From NCBI GenBank assembly GCA_032718475.1, contig JAUCBJ010005070.1, forward strand, positions 1 through 36,289: 36,289 nt of DNA, in the 5' to 3' direction. A program made the translations under genes and the position numbers. The notes beneath the pieces are model-generated. The model made no database searches, was not told where the DNA came from, and saw nothing but the letters and a program-made list of their open reading frames with translations. Below, in pieces: positions 33,523 through 36,289 of the stretch (positions are counted from its first letter, which is position 1; every line of letters begins with the position of its first letter). The DNA comes from Nemertoderma westbladi (Eukaryota; Animalia; Xenacoelomorpha).

Positions 33523-34607
33523 GTGATATTTGCTGTTTGCCCTAGATGTAAGACAAAGGTTCAAAATAAAAAGAAGAAATGCTGCGGCATTGAAATTGAA
33601 AACGATTGGATAACGTGTCCAATATGTGACACCGACACACTTTGCTCACAGGACATGACCAGCACTAACAGTTGTTGTGATACCGGTAATAAATGCACAG
33701 CTTCTGATAAGCGTGACCTACTGGAAACGGAACAAATAGGCGATAAAATCTTTTACATCCCCAAATTAAATGAAAAGGAAAACGTAGATTTGGTCTCTGT
33801 ATTAAAGATTGATATTGATGATAAGGAAATAAAGATGGGTGGTAAGGCATATAGGGAATATAGGGAATGAGAATATTCGAGACAGATTTTGCATTAAGAT
33901 CCATTGACAATTCGGATGTAATATCACTATCAGTCTGTACAATCTATCCTGAGTTTGAATTTCGCCATCATAGAATGCGAAGGAAGGATATAATATTTCG
34001 CCGATCCATTAGTGAACGACGCCACAACCGCGTTCAAGCTGAAAAGGGAAATCGCAACAAAGGAACTTCAGGTTCAGCGTCAAAGGATTCCGATAAGGAC
34101 GAATCAATGATAGAGTTTGGTGCCGAAGCTCCTAAAGCCAAGAAACCAAGGAAACTGATTCTTTCAAAACCACCAACTAAGGGGACAAAAAAAGAGAAGG
34201 AAATTCATAAAATATCTGTGCCATCATCAAGTTCGGAATCTGATGTGGAAGGTGTAATCTCCATCACCTCTGACGCCGATGTTGTCTCTGATGTTGTTTC
34301 TAATTGTGAGGATCAGGATGTTCGTGATAGTTACCAAGTTGGAGATTGTGTGTGGGCCAAACTTAAAAAACGGGACAAATTTTGGCCTAGTCGAATATGT
34401 GAGCCATATGGAACGCCGAAAAGTTCTAGACCGTACTGGGTGTTCTTTTACGGATCCAACAATTATGGATGGGTTAGCGGAGCCATGGTTTTAAAATATG
34501 ACAGGGGGGCCGATGATTACACTTCACTCGTCAATTCATCTTCGAATAAACTATTTACTAAAGGTGTTGCTGAGTTGGATGAGGAGCTTGGAAAAATCGT
34601 TACATGA
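33523..34607 (+). pseudogene. Intronless Cys-rich plus PWWP-domain protein (two overlapping ORFs, probable frameshift near 33860)
   Basis: N-terminal CPRC...CC...CPIC...CC; C-terminal YQVGDCVWAKL..RDKFWPSRI...YWVFFYGSNNYGWV...LFTKGVAEL is a PWWP domain. Confidence 0.75.
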
Positions 34608-34979
34608 TGGATGTTGGTTTAACTGAATTGAGTAGGATAATATTGTGTTGGTTGCTTGTTTAATAGAATGCATCATTTGCCCTCACACAATCGGTTCCTT
34701 AAACAAGGCTCCACTTGCAATTTTTGTTGCAGTGCAGTTACAGGATCTTTCACACTACAGGCGCCACTTTTCATATGGAAAACATACAGCTGTACGACCT
34801 TTACGACCTTTATTGTGAGGTAATTTTAATTAGGGATGTATTCTTTTTAATGTGCAATATCTCGAGAAATAATCACTCTAATCTTGATCTTAATCGATCA
34901 TCGCAGTTCTAATGAGTTAATTTAATTAACCTATGGGTATCAGGTATATACCGGTACCAAAAGTGGGTCATTCAAATTT

Positions 34980-35056
34980 TCATATTCTTTTTATAATTTA
35001 TTTTTATATTCTTTTTATAATATATTTTTATATTCTTTTAATAATTTATTTTTATA
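34980..35056. repeat. 24-bp AT-rich tandem repeat, three copies
   Basis: Unit approximately TATATTCTTTTTATAATTTATTTT. Confidence 0.8.
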
Positions 35057-35417
35057 CTTATGATGGATTTTATATTCATGCCAACTATTGCTATTTGGCA
35101 CATTACAAACGACGTTGGTGGACCCAGTAAACATGAAGAATTTTCAGTAGGCCTAATGTTTCATTAAAATGAACCCAATAGCAGAAGTACGTATGATTAT
35201 GTGAATGTTTTCAAAATTATAGGGCAAATGATGCTGATGCACCATATTTGTTTAGGTTAATGGTTGGTTGGTTGGGTATATTAGTTACTGGTAAAATACT
35301 TATCATCAAGTATTCACTGTCGCTATATACACCAGATTTACCCTACTAAGTTGGTGAATTAAGAAAAATGGCAAACATGAATATCAATTATATATCACAT
35401 TTATTATTATTTTATAT

Positions 35418-36289
35418 AGTAAAGTTATCCGTTCCCCGGACGGAATCTTTGCTTATATTCCTGCACTATGGGTGGGGTTATGCCGCCGTGCGTGGGTTAA
35501 GACTGAATTGCATTATTTAACGGCTGTATTTTTAATTGGCTGGCTGTTAGCTTATTCAATCCCGCCAACACCCCATAAAGTTAAGCCGATAAGCAATATT
35601 GGGGGACACGAGATTGGGTAATTACCAACTCGTGTCTCCCCAACAAAATGGGAAGGAGAAGCACACAATGAGGGTCAGGGGTTAGTCCCCTGACAAGAGA
35701 GAGAATAGCTGGGGTGAACGGGGACGCCCCAAAAGGCGCCAACAAGGGTATCAACCAATCAGAGGGGGGAATGGCACCGATTGAGTAGAGCAACAAGGCC
35801 ACCCGTGCAATATAACCAGTTACCTGTAATCATATCAGTTAGTTATCTCAGTGTGTCATATTGGTGCTAGCTAGGTCAGTAAGTTTAGTTAGGGAAGGAC
35901 CGGGACTTTAATTACCGTACGTCAACATCAACCCGCCTTCCGTGTACAACAATCTATAACTGTATCTATATCCATTTATATCCGCTATCATTATATACGA
36001 CGAACATCATACAAACTCTTTTACCCTTCACGCACGGCGGGGACGACGCACGCGTGAATTAACAAACCGGATAAATCGGGATCCTTCCTGGATCCCGTCA
36101 CAGTAATTAAACCCTTCGGTAGCCAGTAATTAAATCAGAGCTGCCGCCCTAGCTAAACTCAGATAACTACCAGTGACTACCAGCCACCAATCTAAAGTCA
36201 AAGAAAATGAGTCGGTCAGGAGAAACGACACCGCCGCGGACCCCGGACGTAGAACAAACGATCCGTGAGGCCGCGACCAGACGGTACAG
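35418..36289 (+). mobile_element. Possible 5' end of a tyrosine-recombinase (DIRS/Ngaro-like) or other retroelement
   Basis: Abrupt GC rise; short inverted motifs (TTGCTTAT / ATAAGCAA; CCGCCGTGCGTG at ~35483 / CACGCACGGCGG at ~36029); an ORF opens at ATG 36207 and runs off the window. No catalytic domain is visible. Confidence 0.3.

Overview
AT-rich eukaryotic DNA, probably from an invertebrate animal, made almost entirely of nested mobile elements; no intact host gene is evident. 1-4905 holds two CR1/L2-group LINE relics. 4906-7530 holds a convergent pair of spliced, decayed genes (transposase-like on +, PHD-finger on -). Next come a non-autonomous TIR element with a 6-bp TSD (7816-8584), a decayed pogo/Tigger-type DDE transposase with a C-terminal PHD finger (9040-11264) and a tRNA-derived SINE (11365-11633). 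About 13010-31760 is a decaying Polinton/Maverick (adintovirus-like endogenous virus) with the full core set: protein-primed PolB, packaging ATPase, integrase, two minor capsid genes, major capsid, adenain protease and basic core proteins. It also carries unusual accessory genes: a TATA-binding-protein homolog, a putative tandem PC4-like protein, a dUTPase-like protein with degenerate catalytic motifs and an N-terminal hydrophobic helix, and a DEDD/Maelstrom-like protein. The window ends with a ~790-bp (CA)n tract, an intronless Cys-rich/PWWP ORF pair and a possible retroelement 5' end. All family calls come from motif recognition by eye; no searches were run.
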